Shown here: in pieces, positions 19,460 to 32,576 of the stretch
Layout of the letters: every line of letters begins with the position of its first letter
Numbering within the stretch: the first letter of the stretch is position 1
Translations under genes and position numbers: made by a program
Source: an uncultured delta proteobacterium
GTDB lineage: Bacteria; Desulfobacterota; Binatia; HRBIN30; BPIQ01
Direction: 5' to 3'
Assembly: GCA_963761335.1 (NCBI GenBank)
Contig: CAVXGR010000021.1
Location: forward strand, 242,395 to 306,394
DNA length: 64,000 nucleotides
Notes under the pieces: generated by a model
Databases searched by the model: none
Seen by the model: the letters and a program-made list of their open reading frames with translations, nothing else
What the model was told of the DNA's origin: nothing

Positions 19460-19572
19460 CCCTCTCCCCGCACTTCCGCGGGGAGAGGGCAGGTGAGGGG
19501 TACCTTTCTGTTCCCTGAAAGCTCGTCGTTGTCTAGGCACTGCCCCTCTCCCGCAGGCAATGCGGGAGAGGG
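19460..19572. repeat. Two CCCTCTCCC...GGGAGAGGG hairpins (REP-like; may act as terminators of the PFOR operon)
   Basis: Stems at 19460-19489 and 19544-19572. Confidence 0.65.
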
Positions 19573-19638
19573 CGACGCTGAACGGCCCGAAATGAATTGA
19601 GGCACTACCGTCCCTTGGTGTCTCGACCTCCCCTTCCC

Positions 19639-20628
19639 TCAGCGCCAGCTCTGCAGCACCCGCATGTAGTTGGCGCGCTCGAAGGCGCCGGGGTCGGGGC
19701 TGCGCTCCAGGCTCATGCTGCCGCGCATCTGCGCCAGCGAGTCGTAGGCGTGCTCCTCCATCCACTCGATCATGCGCTCGCGGATCTTTGCCAGGTATGC
19801 CGCGCCGTTCTCGAGAAGCGCCGAGACCACCTGCACGGCGTGGGCTCCGGCCATCACTGCCTTGATGGCGTCGGCGGCGGTGTGCACGCCGCCGGTGACC
19901 GCGAGCGAGGGCCGCACTCGCCCGGAGAGCAGAGCCAGCCAGCGCAGCCGCAGGAGGAGCTCGGAGGAGTCCGACAGGCGCAGGCGCGGCACGACCTCGA
20001 GGTTCTCGATGTCGATGTCGGGCTGGTAGAAGCGGTTGAAGAGCACCAGGCCATCGGCCCCCGCCTCCTCGAGCCGGCGCGCGATGTGGGTGATCGAAGA
20101 GAAGAAGGGCGAGAGCTTCACCGCCACGGGGACGAAGACCTCGGTCTTTACGGCGCGCACCGCGTCGAAGACGCGCTGCTCGATCTGCGCGCCGTCGACT
20201 GCCGGGTCGCTGGCCAGGTAGTACATGTTCAGCTCCAGCGCGTCCGCCCCGGCCTGCTCCAGCAGGCGGGCGTACTTGAGCCACCCCGCCGGGCTCACGC
20301 CGTTCAGGGAGGCGATCACCGGCACCGCGACTGCCTGCTTGATGCGGCGCAGCTGCTCCAGGTACTGCTCCGGCCCGAGGTTGAACTCGTCCGGCCGCGG
20401 AAAGTAGGAGAGCGCCTCGGGAAACGACTCGGCGTGTACCTCCATGCTGTGGATCGTGCCCAGCTGCTCGAGCTCGATCTGCTCCTCGAACAGCGAGTGC
20501 ATGACGATGGCGGCGGCGCCGGCGTCCTCCAGAAGCCGCACCTCGTCGAGGTCGTCGACCAGCGGCGAGGCGCCGGGCATGAGGGGATGGGGCAAGCGGA
20601 TTCCGAGATACGTCGTCGAGAGATCCAT
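19639..20628 (-). CDS. Dihydroorotate dehydrogenase-like FMN protein (PFOR-associated type)
   Basis: MDLSTTYLGIRLPHPLMPGASP, SLFEEQ, PVAVKLSPFF, LVLFNRFYQPDID; start at ATG 20628. Confidence 0.88.
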   Translation of the reverse strand: MDLSTTYLGIRLPHPLMPGASPLVDDLDEVRLLEDAGAAAIVMHSLFEEQIELEQLGTIHSMEVHAESFPEALSYFPRPDEFNLGPEQYLEQLRRIKQAVAVPVIASLNGVSPAGWLKYARLLEQAGADALELNMYYLASDPAVDGAQIEQRVFDAVRAVKTEVFVPVAVKLSPFFSSITHIARRLEEAGADGLVLFNRFYQPDIDIENLEVVPRLRLSDSSELLLRLRWLALLSGRVRPSLAVTGGVHTAADAIKAVMAGAHAVQVVSALLENGAAYLAKIRERMIEWMEEHAYDSLAQMRGSMSLERSPDPGAFERANYMRVLQSWR

Positions 20629-20633
20629 TGCGT

Positions 20634-24212
<3,579 letters not shown>

Positions 24213-24251
24213 TGGGACCTTCTTTCTCTCGGCAGATTCTCCTCTCCGCAA

Positions 24252-24268
24252 TGCGTGATTCGTGCCCG
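24252..24268 (-). promoter_or_regulatory. Candidate sigma-54 promoter of PFOR
   Basis: Minus strand CGGGCACGAATCACGCA: GG-N10-GC with GGCACG, but AC instead of TT before -12; about 40 bp upstream of the ATG. Confidence 0.4.
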
Positions 24269-24330
24269 GCCGCGATCCAGCCGGGGAAAAGGCTCGCCCG
24301 GGGCAGCCATTCCCAACCCTGGGAATAGCC

Positions 24331-24383
24331 GCCCGGTGGCTCGGTGGCCCGGTTTCTCGGTGCTCGGCGGCTCGGTGACTCGG
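24331..24383. repeat. 8-bp-period array (GGCTCGGT type)
   Basis: GCCCGGTG GCTCGGTG GCCCGGTT TCTCGGTG...; complementary units at 24664-24683. Confidence 0.65.
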
Positions 24384-24585
24384 GCGAGGTTCCCGGTTTG
24401 CGTCTTTGCGGTTCTTCCCCCTCGGTTCTTCCGCGTCGGTGCGACGGCGTGTCGGCTTGGCGTTCTCCGGGAGCATCGCCCGGGTGGTTGCATTCGCCCC
24501 GCCGGTGCTCCCGTGACGGTAGCCGGGGGTTTCAGAGGCCGTCTCGAAACCCGCGCAAAACGATTCCGCCGGCCCGCGGGCCAAG

Positions 24586-24635
24586 GTGGAAGCGGCGTCT
24601 CGCCGCTTCGGAAAGCGCCGGGACGGCGCTTCTAC
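24586..24635. repeat. GTAG-type REP doublet (REPIN-like)
   Basis: GTGGAAGCGGCGTCTCGCCGCTTCGGAAAGCGCCGGGACGGCGCTTCTAC; shares a ~45-bp upstream extension with the 35579 copy. Confidence 0.85.
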
Positions 24636-24689
24636 TTTGGTTTTGAGACAGACTCTGACGCCGCCACTGAGCCACCGAGCCACAATCTT

Positions 24690-26012
24690 CTAATCTTCCC
24701 CGCTGATGCTCTCCAGCTCCCGACTGCGCGTTTCGGGCAGGAGAAAGAGGGCGAGGCCGCCGACGAGGACGGAGAATGAGAGCAGGACCGTCATGCGGGC
24801 GATATCGCCTGGAGCCTGGGTGCCGAGGCCGAGGATTGCCAGGCCGGTAGCGGCGCCGAGAGTGTCGATCACGGCGACAAAGCCGGAGGCGGTGCCGCGC
24901 TGACTGGTGGGAAAGAGCTCGGTGGCCAGGGCGCGGATGATCACCTGCCCGGCGGTGGAGCAGAAGACGATGCCGGCAAAGGCCAGCGGTATGATCCACC
25001 CGGGCCCTTCGTAGAAGAGCGCGGCAAACAGCGGCAAGGCGGCGAGAAAGCAGGAGCCCACGACGCGCCGTCCGAAGCGGTCCCCGGCGGCGCCGGCGAT
25101 CACGTTGCCGACGATGCCGATGCTGCCGCCGAGGAGGACCATGGCGGAGAACTGTCCGGGGGACCAGCCGTGAACGTTCAGGGTGAAGTAGCCGGTGAAC
25201 TGGAAGGCGCAGATGGTGCCGACCGCGGTGAGCCCGCTGGCCAGGCTGATGCCCAGCACCCGCCGCGGATAGGTGCGGGCGAAACGCAGGATGGGCTCGA
25301 CCCACTGCCCGGCGCTGCCGTGGCGGTCGGCGGCGTGGCGATCGCGGTGGCGCCGGAAGCGCCCGGTCTCCTGCACCTGACGGCGAAACAGCGGCAGCAG
25401 CAGAAAGGGGACGACGCCGATGCCGTAGAGGGTTCGCCAGCCGTAGGGCAGGATGTCGATGGCGGCGAAGACGGCGGCGCCGAGCCCATAGCCGCAGGCC
25501 GCCAATGCGCCGACCATGCCGATTCCCCAGCCGCGGTGCTCTGCCGGAAACTCCTCGGTGATGATCACCACGGCGACCGCGGTACAGGCGATCATGAAGG
25601 TCCGCGTCAGCATCTGGAAGGCGACGAGCACCTCGATGTTCGGGCTGAAGCCGGTGAGGAAGGTGGTGAGGCTCATGCCGAGCATGGAGACGAGGAACAC
25701 CCTTCGCCGGCCGAAGCGATCGGCGAAGGGGACGACCAGAAAGGCGGGCAGGGCACCGAGGCGGATGATGCTGAGGTAGCGGCCGAGGTGCTCCCCCGGG
25801 ACGCCGAGATCCTCGGCGATGAACTTGAGCGCCGAGGTCAGCATCGAGAGGTCGTATTGCTCGAAGAAGAGCGCCAGTGCCACCAGGCCGAGGAGCTGTA
25901 CCAGGGCCGGGTCGATGTCGGGCACCGAGCCGAGGAACACCGGGATCCACCAGGGATTGCGTTTCCACCTGGCGCGCAGCACGGCGCGCACTTCGCGCAT
26001 CCCCCGGGGCAT
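24690..26012 (-). CDS. MFS transporter
   Basis: About 12 hydrophobic segments; motif A (ADRFGRRRV, GDRFGRRVV); ELFPTSQRG; LPETR. Confidence 0.9.
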   Translation of the reverse strand: MPRGMREVRAVLRARWKRNPWWIPVFLGSVPDIDPALVQLLGLVALALFFEQYDLSMLTSALKFIAEDLGVPGEHLGRYLSIIRLGALPAFLVVPFADRFGRRRVFLVSMLGMSLTTFLTGFSPNIEVLVAFQMLTRTFMIACTAVAVVIITEEFPAEHRGWGIGMVGALAACGYGLGAAVFAAIDILPYGWRTLYGIGVVPFLLLPLFRRQVQETGRFRRHRDRHAADRHGSAGQWVEPILRFARTYPRRVLGISLASGLTAVGTICAFQFTGYFTLNVHGWSPGQFSAMVLLGGSIGIVGNVIAGAAGDRFGRRVVGSCFLAALPLFAALFYEGPGWIIPLAFAGIVFCSTAGQVIIRALATELFPTSQRGTASGFVAVIDTLGAATGLAILGLGTQAPGDIARMTVLLSFSVLVGGLALFLLPETRSRELESISGED

Positions 26013-26144
26013 GGGGGTGAGTAACGCGGCAGTCGGGACGATGTCCAGCCGGGGAGTGCCGCTGGGGGGACAGGCACCTTTTTGGCGGTGAGCGGCAGAT
26101 CCTTCGGTGAAGCGATCTCGCGCGCCGAAAAGGGAGCCTGTCCC

Positions 26145-27452
26145 CTAGTGTGCGGGCTCCAGCGCCGTGGGCAGGGTCACCGTGAAGACCGCCCCGGCGC
26201 CGGGAGCGCTCTCCACGCGGATCGTGCCGCCCATGACCTCGACGGCCATCTTGCAGAACACCAGTCCCAGCCCGGTGTCCTCGCGATGTCCGCGGCGGCT
26301 TCGCTGGCGGTGCTTCTCGAAGAGCGTGGTCTGCTCCTCGGCGGAGATACCGCGCCCGCTGTCGCGGACGCGCAGCAACACGAAGCCCTGCTGGCGCTCG
26401 GCTTCCAGATCGATCTTGCCGGCGGCGCCGCTGTGGCGCACGGCATTGACCACGAGGTTGTTGAGCACCCGCCGCAACAGCCAGCGGTCGGTGGCGATGC
26501 TCGACACGTCGTCGCCGACGAAGACGTGGATCTCGAGCCCGGCGAGCTCGGCGCCGGCGCGGAACTCCTCGGCGCACTCCTCCATCAGGTGCCGCAGGTC
26601 GACGGTCTCGACGCGCAGCTCGAGGCGGCGCTCCTGCATCTGGTCGATCTCCAGGAGGTTCTCGATCATGCGCAGGAGATCGCGGGCGCTGCGCTGGATC
26701 TGCTCGAAATGCCGGGTCTGCGCCTGGGCCACGGCGCCGCGCTTGCGCAGCGCCAGCTGGGTCACCGTGAGGATGCCCCCGAGCGGCCCCTTGAGATCGT
26801 GCACGATCATGTTGGTGAGGTCGGCCTTCATCTGCTCGATCTCGTTCTTCTCGCGCAGGGTGCGCTCGGCCACCTCCGCCATCCGCCGGTATTCCTGGGC
26901 CAGAGCCCGCTCCACGTAGCCGCCCATGATGTAGGAATCGATCGCCAGGCCCATGTCGAGGAAGATCACCTTGCTGAGCGAGCCGATCAGAGCCACCAGC
27001 CGGTCGGGGTCCTCGCCGTAGTTGTGCCGCAGCCGGTCCATCACCAGGCGCAGGTAGAGATTGTATGTGCCCAGGTACCACTCGGGGTGGAGGTCGATCT
27101 GCTGGTGGGCGTTGCCGACGCGCAGCCGGCTCTCGAAGTAGTCGGCGTCCAGCCGCCCCTCGGTCATGCGCAGGAAGTACTGGCGCTGCAGCCCCTTGAG
27201 GCGGATCACCTGCGCCTCGTCGCGGAAGACGGAGCGCGTCTCCTCGAACTTCCACAGGTGCTCGTAGAAGGCGTCGACGATCTCGTCCACGTGCGCCAGG
27301 GCAAACCTGCGGATCTCGGCGAGGTTCTTCTCGTCCTCGGGCCCAAAGCCGAGAAATTCGAGGCGGCGCCTGCGCTTGTCGGGGTCGAGGCCGGCTTCGC
27401 CGAGGAGATTGAGCACCATCTCGGCAGTTTCTATCAAAGCGCGCCCGGCCAT
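26145..27452 (-). CDS. Globin-coupled sensor histidine kinase
   Basis: Protoglobin-type domain (LEFLGFGPED, VDAFYEHL with B10 Tyr, RVGNAHQQIDL with F8 His, WYLGTY), then IVHDLKGPL and DTGLGLVFCK. Start uncertain (27452 or 27419). Confidence 0.88.
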   Translation of the reverse strand: MAGRALIETAEMVLNLLGEAGLDPDKRRRRLEFLGFGPEDEKNLAEIRRFALAHVDEIVDAFYEHLWKFEETRSVFRDEAQVIRLKGLQRQYFLRMTEGRLDADYFESRLRVGNAHQQIDLHPEWYLGTYNLYLRLVMDRLRHNYGEDPDRLVALIGSLSKVIFLDMGLAIDSYIMGGYVERALAQEYRRMAEVAERTLREKNEIEQMKADLTNMIVHDLKGPLGGILTVTQLALRKRGAVAQAQTRHFEQIQRSARDLLRMIENLLEIDQMQERRLELRVETVDLRHLMEECAEEFRAGAELAGLEIHVFVGDDVSSIATDRWLLRRVLNNLVVNAVRHSGAAGKIDLEAERQQGFVLLRVRDSGRGISAEEQTTLFEKHRQRSRRGHREDTGLGLVFCKMAVEVMGGTIRVESAPGAGAVFTVTLPTALEPAH

Positions 27453-27471
27453 CCAAGAAACCGGGTGCAAA

Positions 27472-27521
27472 GTAGAAGCGCCGTCGCGGCGCTTCCGAAG
27501 CCGGCGAGACGCTGCTTCTAC
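27472..27521. repeat. GTAG-type REP doublet
   Basis: GTAGAAGCGCCGTCGCGGCGCTTCCGAAGCCGGCGAGACGCTGCTTCTAC. Confidence 0.85.
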
Positions 27522-27572
27522 CTTGGCTTGCGGACTGGGGGACCTGGTTTGCCCCGGCTTTGGGACTGCCGC

Positions 27573-28004
27573 TCAGGCCAGGGGTGGGCCGCAGAGCTCG
27601 CGCAGGGCCCGCATGATGTCCTCGCGGGCGATGATTCCCACCAGCTTGCCGCGATCGGTGATCGGGAAGCTCTTGACGCGGAAGTCGACCAGGGTCTGCA
27701 GAATACGGGTCACCGGTGTCTCGGGGGTGAAAATGATCACGTCCCTGGTCATGATCTCGCGGGCCGTCAGCCGGGTGAGGGCGTCGTATTGGGGCACGAC
27801 GCTCTGCGGGGTGAAGATGAACACCTTGAGGATGTCGAACTTGGTGACCACGCCGACCAGCTCGTCGCCCTCGAGCACCGGGAAGCCATTGAAGTCGCAT
27901 TCGCCGAAACGGCGCTCCAGCTCGGGCAGTGAGGTGGTCGGCTCCACGGTGAGCACCGGCCGGGTCATGTAGTCGGCGGCGCGGGCTTCGAGCAGGCGGT
28001 GCAT
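27573..28004 (-). CDS. CBS-domain protein
   Basis: ADYMTRPVLTV, NGFPVL..ELVGVVTKFD, AREIMTRDV, LVGIIAREDI; start at ATG 28004. Confidence 0.88.
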   Translation of the reverse strand: MHRLLEARAADYMTRPVLTVEPTTSLPELERRFGECDFNGFPVLEGDELVGVVTKFDILKVFIFTPQSVVPQYDALTRLTAREIMTRDVIIFTPETPVTRILQTLVDFRVKSFPITDRGKLVGIIAREDIMRALRELCGPPLA

Positions 28005-28030
28005 CTTCAGGTCGCTCCGATGTAGGGGTT

Positions 28031-29446
28031 TCAGCTCTCCGACTCCCCGGGAGAGAGGCCGATGCCGAGCTCCTCGATCTTGCGGTAGAGCGACGAGAGC
28101 GACACGCCGAGCCGCTCCGAGGCCACCTTCTTGTCGTGCTCGGCGCGCGCCAGGACGGCCTGGATGTGGGCCTTCTCGTAGGCTCGCATGGCGTCGCGCA
28201 GGCTGTCCCCGGCGGCGATGGGAGCGCTGGCGACGTCCTGCTGCAGGGCCCGGGGCAGGTCGCGCACCGTGATCCAGTCGCCCTCGCCGAGGATCATGGC
28301 GTGCTCGATGACGTTGTCGAGCTCGCGGACGTTGCCCTTCCAGGGCAGCGACATGAGCAGCTTCATGGTGCTGCTGTCGACCCCTTTGAAGGACTTCTTC
28401 AGCTCGCGGTTGTGCAGGCGGATGAAGTGCTCGATCAGTGGCGGAATGTCCTCGCGGCGCTCTCGCAAGGGCGGGATGTCGATGTTGACGACGTTGAGCC
28501 GGTAGTAGAGATCGTCGCGGAAACGCCCTTCGTCGACGTCGCGGTGGAGGTTGCGGTTGGTGGCGGCAAGGATGCGCACCTGCACCTTGCTCGGCGTCGT
28601 CGAGCCGACCGGCATGATCTCCTTGCTCTCGATGGCGCGCAGCAGCTTGACCTGTAAATTGAGTGGCAGATCGGCAATCTCGTCGAGGAAGATGGTGCCG
28701 CCGCGGGCCCGCTGGAAGAGGCCTTCCTGGTTGCTGACGGCGCCGGTGAAGGCGCCGCGCATGTGGCCGAAGAGCTGGCTTTCGAGGAGGTTCTCGGGAA
28801 TGGCGCCGCAGTTCACCGGCAGGAAGATCTTGTCGCGGTACTCGCTGAGCTGGTGCACGGCGCGCGCCACCACCTCCTTGCCGACGCCGCTCTCGCCGGT
28901 GATCAGCACCGTGCTCGGCACCGGCGCCACCCGCTCGACCAGATTCATCACCTCGCGCATGGGCCCGGAGCGGCCCACCAGGTTGTCGAAGTTCCACTGG
29001 CGATCCACCTGATTGCGCAGGAGCTGATTTTCCCAGGCGAGCTGCCGGTGCTGCAGCAGATAGTCGAGCTTGTGCAGCAGCTCGTCGAAGACGACCGGCT
29101 TGAGCAGGTAGTCCTGGGCGCCGCGGCGCAGCGCCTCGATGGCGGTCTCCACGGTGGCGTGCCCGGTCATCAGCAGCACCAACGTCTGCGGCGACACCTC
29201 GCGGACGTGGCGGAGGACCTCGAGGCCGTCGGCCCCCGGCATGCGCACGTCGGAGAGCACCAGATCGAAGTCCTGGGTCTCCAATGCGGCGATGGCAGCG
29301 GCGCCGTCGCCGACGCTGGTCACCTGGAAGCCCTCGTCGGCGAGAACCTCGGCCAGGCTCTCCCGTACCGAGGGCTCGTCCTCGGCGAGCAGGATGGCCC
29401 CCTTGGTGGCGGAGTCGCTGTTGGTGGCGGAGTCGTTGTTGGACAT
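28031..29446 (-). CDS. Sigma-54-dependent response regulator (NtrC/AtoC type)
   Basis: REC, GESGVGKE, GAFTGA, FLDEI, WKGNVREL, Fis-type HTH. Confidence 0.93.
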   Translation of the reverse strand: MSNNDSATNSDSATKGAILLAEDEPSVRESLAEVLADEGFQVTSVGDGAAAIAALETQDFDLVLSDVRMPGADGLEVLRHVREVSPQTLVLLMTGHATVETAIEALRRGAQDYLLKPVVFDELLHKLDYLLQHRQLAWENQLLRNQVDRQWNFDNLVGRSGPMREVMNLVERVAPVPSTVLITGESGVGKEVVARAVHQLSEYRDKIFLPVNCGAIPENLLESQLFGHMRGAFTGAVSNQEGLFQRARGGTIFLDEIADLPLNLQVKLLRAIESKEIMPVGSTTPSKVQVRILAATNRNLHRDVDEGRFRDDLYYRLNVVNIDIPPLRERREDIPPLIEHFIRLHNRELKKSFKGVDSSTMKLLMSLPWKGNVRELDNVIEHAMILGEGDWITVRDLPRALQQDVASAPIAAGDSLRDAMRAYEKAHIQAVLARAEHDKKVASERLGVSLSSLYRKIEELGIGLSPGESES

Positions 29447-29493
29447 GCCCGGATCGTAGGGCGCGGCGGTTTGCACGGCAAGGATTCCTTCAG

Positions 29494-29937
29494 TTAGGGC
29501 GCCTCGGGGAGATCCAGCTTCTCCTCCGAGATCGCCAGCAATCGCGCCAGGTACTGCATGCAGTCGCTCTCGCTGAGCAGGCCGACCAGCTCGGTCCCGT
29601 CGATCACGGGCAGACAGCCGATCTTCTTCTGGGCCATCAGCTCCACCGCTTCCCGGAGGCTGGCCTCCGGCGCGATGGTGACCACCGGCTCGCTCATTGC
29701 CTCGCGAACCGGAATCGTGGCCAGCCAGTCGCGCTCCGCCGAGCGCCGCAGCTGCAGGACCGTGGAGATGGCGGCGTGGAACAGGTCCCGCTGCGACAGC
29801 ACGCCCACGAGCTTGCCGGCGGAGACCACCGGCAGATGTCGAATGCGGCCGAGACGCATGATGCCCTCGGCCAGATCCAGCTTCTCGCTCGCGTCGAGGG
29901 TCACTACCTCCCGCGCCATCAGATCATTGACACGCAT
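29494..29937 (-). CDS. CBS-domain protein
   Basis: MRVNDLMAREVVTL, IRHLPVV, IGCLPVI; start at ATG 29937. Confidence 0.88.
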   Translation of the reverse strand: MRVNDLMAREVVTLDASEKLDLAEGIMRLGRIRHLPVVSAGKLVGVLSQRDLFHAAISTVLQLRRSAERDWLATIPVREAMSEPVVTIAPEASLREAVELMAQKKIGCLPVIDGTELVGLLSESDCMQYLARLLAISEEKLDLPEAP

Positions 29938-30153
29938 TTGTCTGGGCGTAAACCAAGATGCGTGCCGCGCTTGGCCTTGCCACTCGGCATGCGGAGGAGA
30001 ACAAAGCTGGTTGTCGCTTCCCTGATTCTCGCCACGACTTTCCCAGCCTTGGGAAACGGATTCGAGGCCGGGTGCTTTACCTGTTCCTGCCCGCGGTCTA
30101 CTAGATGCCAGCGCCGGGGGAGCCGGCGCACAGGAGCGCACAGGAAAAGGGGG

Positions 30154-30525
30154 ATGTCGATGCCGAAGCTTCCCGGACGCTATCAGCAGATCCGCGCCGA
30201 GTTTCCCGAGATCGCCCGGGCCTACGACGCCATCTCGGAGGCGACGGCGGCAGCCGGACCGCTCGACGACAAGCTGGCGCAGCTGGTCAAGCTGGGGATG
30301 GCGCTTGGCTCCGGACAGGAGGGCGCGGTGCATTCGCACACCCGGCGGGCGCTCGAGGCCGGGGCCAGCCCCGAGGAGATTCGCCACGTCGGGTTGCTGG
30401 CGCTCACCACCCTCGGCTTCCCGCGCATGATGACCGGCCTGGCGTGGATCGATGACGTGGTGGACGAGACCCCCCGGAAGCGGCCCTCGCCGAAAGCGCG
30501 GAAGGCCAAGCCGAAGCGTCGCTGA
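30154..30525 (+). CDS. Carboxymuconolactone decarboxylase (AhpD-like) family protein
   Basis: GPLDDKLAQLVKLG...GAVHSHTRRALEAGASPEEI...TTLGFP. Confidence 0.85.
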   Translation: MSMPKLPGRYQQIRAEFPEIARAYDAISEATAAAGPLDDKLAQLVKLGMALGSGQEGAVHSHTRRALEAGASPEEIRHVGLLALTTLGFPRMMTGLAWIDDVVDETPRKRPSPKARKAKPKRR

Positions 30526-30543
30526 CCGGCGTCGCCGCCAGGC

Positions 30544-30978
30544 TCAGACTTCTTCGCGGCAACGCCGGCAGACGCCGCGGAGGACGACCTGGATCCCTTC
30601 CAGGCGGAAGCCTTCGGGGAGTGGTGTGCCCGCCGCGATCTGCGTATCGGCGGAGGCCGGCAGATCGAAGAGGCGATCGCAGACCCGACAGCGAGCGTGG
30701 TAATGGGGCTCACCGGCAGCCTCGTAGAGATAGGGCTCACCGCCGTCGGTGACGCAGGCGGCGAGGCCGACGCGCACGAAGGAGCTGAGGATCTCGTACA
30801 CCGTCTTGCGGCTCAGGTTGCTGTGGTCGCGGCGCATCACGCGGTGCAGCTCGATGGCCGTCAGGTGGCCGGCATGTGACCGCAGGGTGCGCAGGAGCGC
30901 GATCCTCTGCCGCGTCGCTCGCAGCCCGCGCGATGACAGCTCTTCACCAAGCACGGCGTTTTGCGCCCTTCGCTCCAC
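30544..30978 (-). CDS. Fur/PerR-family transcriptional regulator
   Basis: GLRATRQR, HLTAIEL, SRKTVY, PHYHARCRVC, CRRC. Confidence 0.9.
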   Translation of the reverse strand: MERRAQNAVLGEELSSRGLRATRQRIALLRTLRSHAGHLTAIELHRVMRRDHSNLSRKTVYEILSSFVRVGLAACVTDGGEPYLYEAAGEPHYHARCRVCDRLFDLPASADTQIAAGTPLPEGFRLEGIQVVLRGVCRRCREEV

Positions 30979-31104
30979 GGGGAATTTCTAGCACGAATGC
31001 GGCGCCTGGGAATGCCGCCCCGGCGGCAAAGTGGGCTATCGCCCCTGGCGGGGCGACCTTCGGCGACGCGAAACTTCGGAGCTCGAATGCCCAGTCACCA
31101 GATC

Positions 31105-31162
31105 ACACTGAGTGTTGACAAGGTTGGGCGAGGTGGTATGCGGTAACTCAACACTCGGTGTT
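31105..31162 (+). promoter_or_regulatory. Sigma-70-type promoter bracketed by two palindromic operator copies
   Basis: TTGACA at 31115-31120; weak TG-n-TATGCG at 31134-31142; ACACTGAGTGT (31105-31115) and AACACTCGGTGTT (31150-31162). Confidence 0.6.
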
Positions 31163-31184
31163 CTCTTAGTCCGGGAGGTGCGCG

Positions 31185-32576
31185 ATGAGAGACCGGCGAC
31201 GATGCTCCGGCCCCTTGGCCGAATGGAAGTGGTGGGCACCTGGAGGCTTTGCTTTCGCCCTGGCGCTGCTGGGCGCACTTGCCACGGCGGCGCACGCCTT
31301 CGGGCCCTACAAGGAGGAGCAGCTGCCCAAGGAGAAGCGCGGCGCCCACGGCGCCCTCTCGATGCCGGCGCAGATGAAGGCTCTCGAGGAGCTGCTGCCG
31401 GCGCGGGACGTGAGCGAGCCACCTCCCGGAGTCGATCCGGACATATGGGCGCATCTGGTCCCCAAGGACAACGAGATGACGCCCGAGCGCGTCGCTCTGG
31501 GGCGCAAGCTCTACTTCGATCCGCGCCTTTCCGGCGACGGCAGCGTCGCCTGCGCCACCTGTCACGACGTCACCCGCGGCTTCACCGACCAGCGGCCGAC
31601 TTCCGAGGGCATTCGCGACCAGCTCGGCCAGCGCAACGCGCCGACGACCATGAACGCCTTCTTCTACGACACTCTCTTCCTCGACGGGCGCGTGCCCAGC
31701 CTCGAGGAGCAGGCGAAGTTTCCGCCCATCAATCCCGTCGAGGGCGGCCTGCCGAACCATGCCGCCGTGGTCGCCGCGGTCTCCGCTGACGCTACCTACC
31801 AGAAAGATTTCCAGAAGGCCTACGGCCGCGATGTGAACCTCGACGACATGACCCGCGCCATCGCCGCCTTCGAGCGCACTCTGGTCTTTCTCGATGCCCC
31901 CTTCGACCGCTTCCTCGCCGGCGACGACAGCGCTGTCTCGGCGAAGGCCAAGCGCGGCTTCGCGCTCTTCAACGGCAAGGCGCGGTGCGTCTCCTGCCAC
32001 ATGTTGAACCCCTCGAACCCGCTGGGGACCGACAACCGCTTCCACAACATCGGCGTGGCGGCACATGCGCAGGATTTCGAAAAGTTGGCGCGCGACGCGC
32101 TCGCGGCGCTGGAGCGCCAGAACGGCGGCACCGAGGCCGTCGACCAGCTCGCCCTGCAGACGAACCTCTCGGAGCTCGGTCGCTTCATGGTGACCAAGGA
32201 CGCCGGCGACATCGGCTCCTTCAAGACGCAGGGGCTGCGCAACGTCGGCATCACCGCGCCCTACATGCACGACGGCTCCATGCGCACCCTCTGGGACGTG
32301 ATGGACCACTACAACAAGGGTGGCGAGGCCAATCCCTATCTCGACGGCGGGATCGAGCCGCTGGCACTGACCGAGGCGGAGATCGACGACGTCGTGGAGT
32401 TCCTCTTCACCCTCACCGACGATCGTTTCGCCGAGGCGAACCGCCAGGAGCTGGCCGCGCAGAGGAAGATCGCCAGCCAGCGCCGCCCCTTCCGCGACGA
32501 CGACCTGGCATCCCGCCGGGTGCTGCCGTTCGAGCGGCGCATCGAGGGCAAGACGGCTGTGGAGGGACAGAAATGA
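31185..32576 (+). CDS. Diheme cytochrome c peroxidase superfamily protein (MauG/MbnH-like)
   Basis: LGRKLYFDPRLS, CATCH, RNAPT, CVSCH, FKTQGLRNVGITAPYMHDGS, VMDHYNKGG. Confidence 0.9.
   Translation: MRDRRRCSGPLAEWKWWAPGGFAFALALLGALATAAHAFGPYKEEQLPKEKRGAHGALSMPAQMKALEELLPARDVSEPPPGVDPDIWAHLVPKDNEMTPERVALGRKLYFDPRLSGDGSVACATCHDVTRGFTDQRPTSEGIRDQLGQRNAPTTMNAFFYDTLFLDGRVPSLEEQAKFPPINPVEGGLPNHAAVVAAVSADATYQKDFQKAYGRDVNLDDMTRAIAAFERTLVFLDAPFDRFLAGDDSAVSAKAKRGFALFNGKARCVSCHMLNPSNPLGTDNRFHNIGVAAHAQDFEKLARDALAALERQNGGTEAVDQLALQTNLSELGRFMVTKDAGDIGSFKTQGLRNVGITAPYMHDGSMRTLWDVMDHYNKGGEANPYLDGGIEPLALTEAEIDDVVEFLFTLTDDRFAEANRQELAAQRKIASQRRPFRDDDLASRRVLPFERRIEGKTAVEGQK

Noticed and set aside
24532..27900. 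1122-aa minus-strand ORF and similar long Arg/Pro-rich ORFs
   Set aside because: Alternative-frame artefacts of high GC; they overlap well-supported genes (MFS, globin kinase, CBS).
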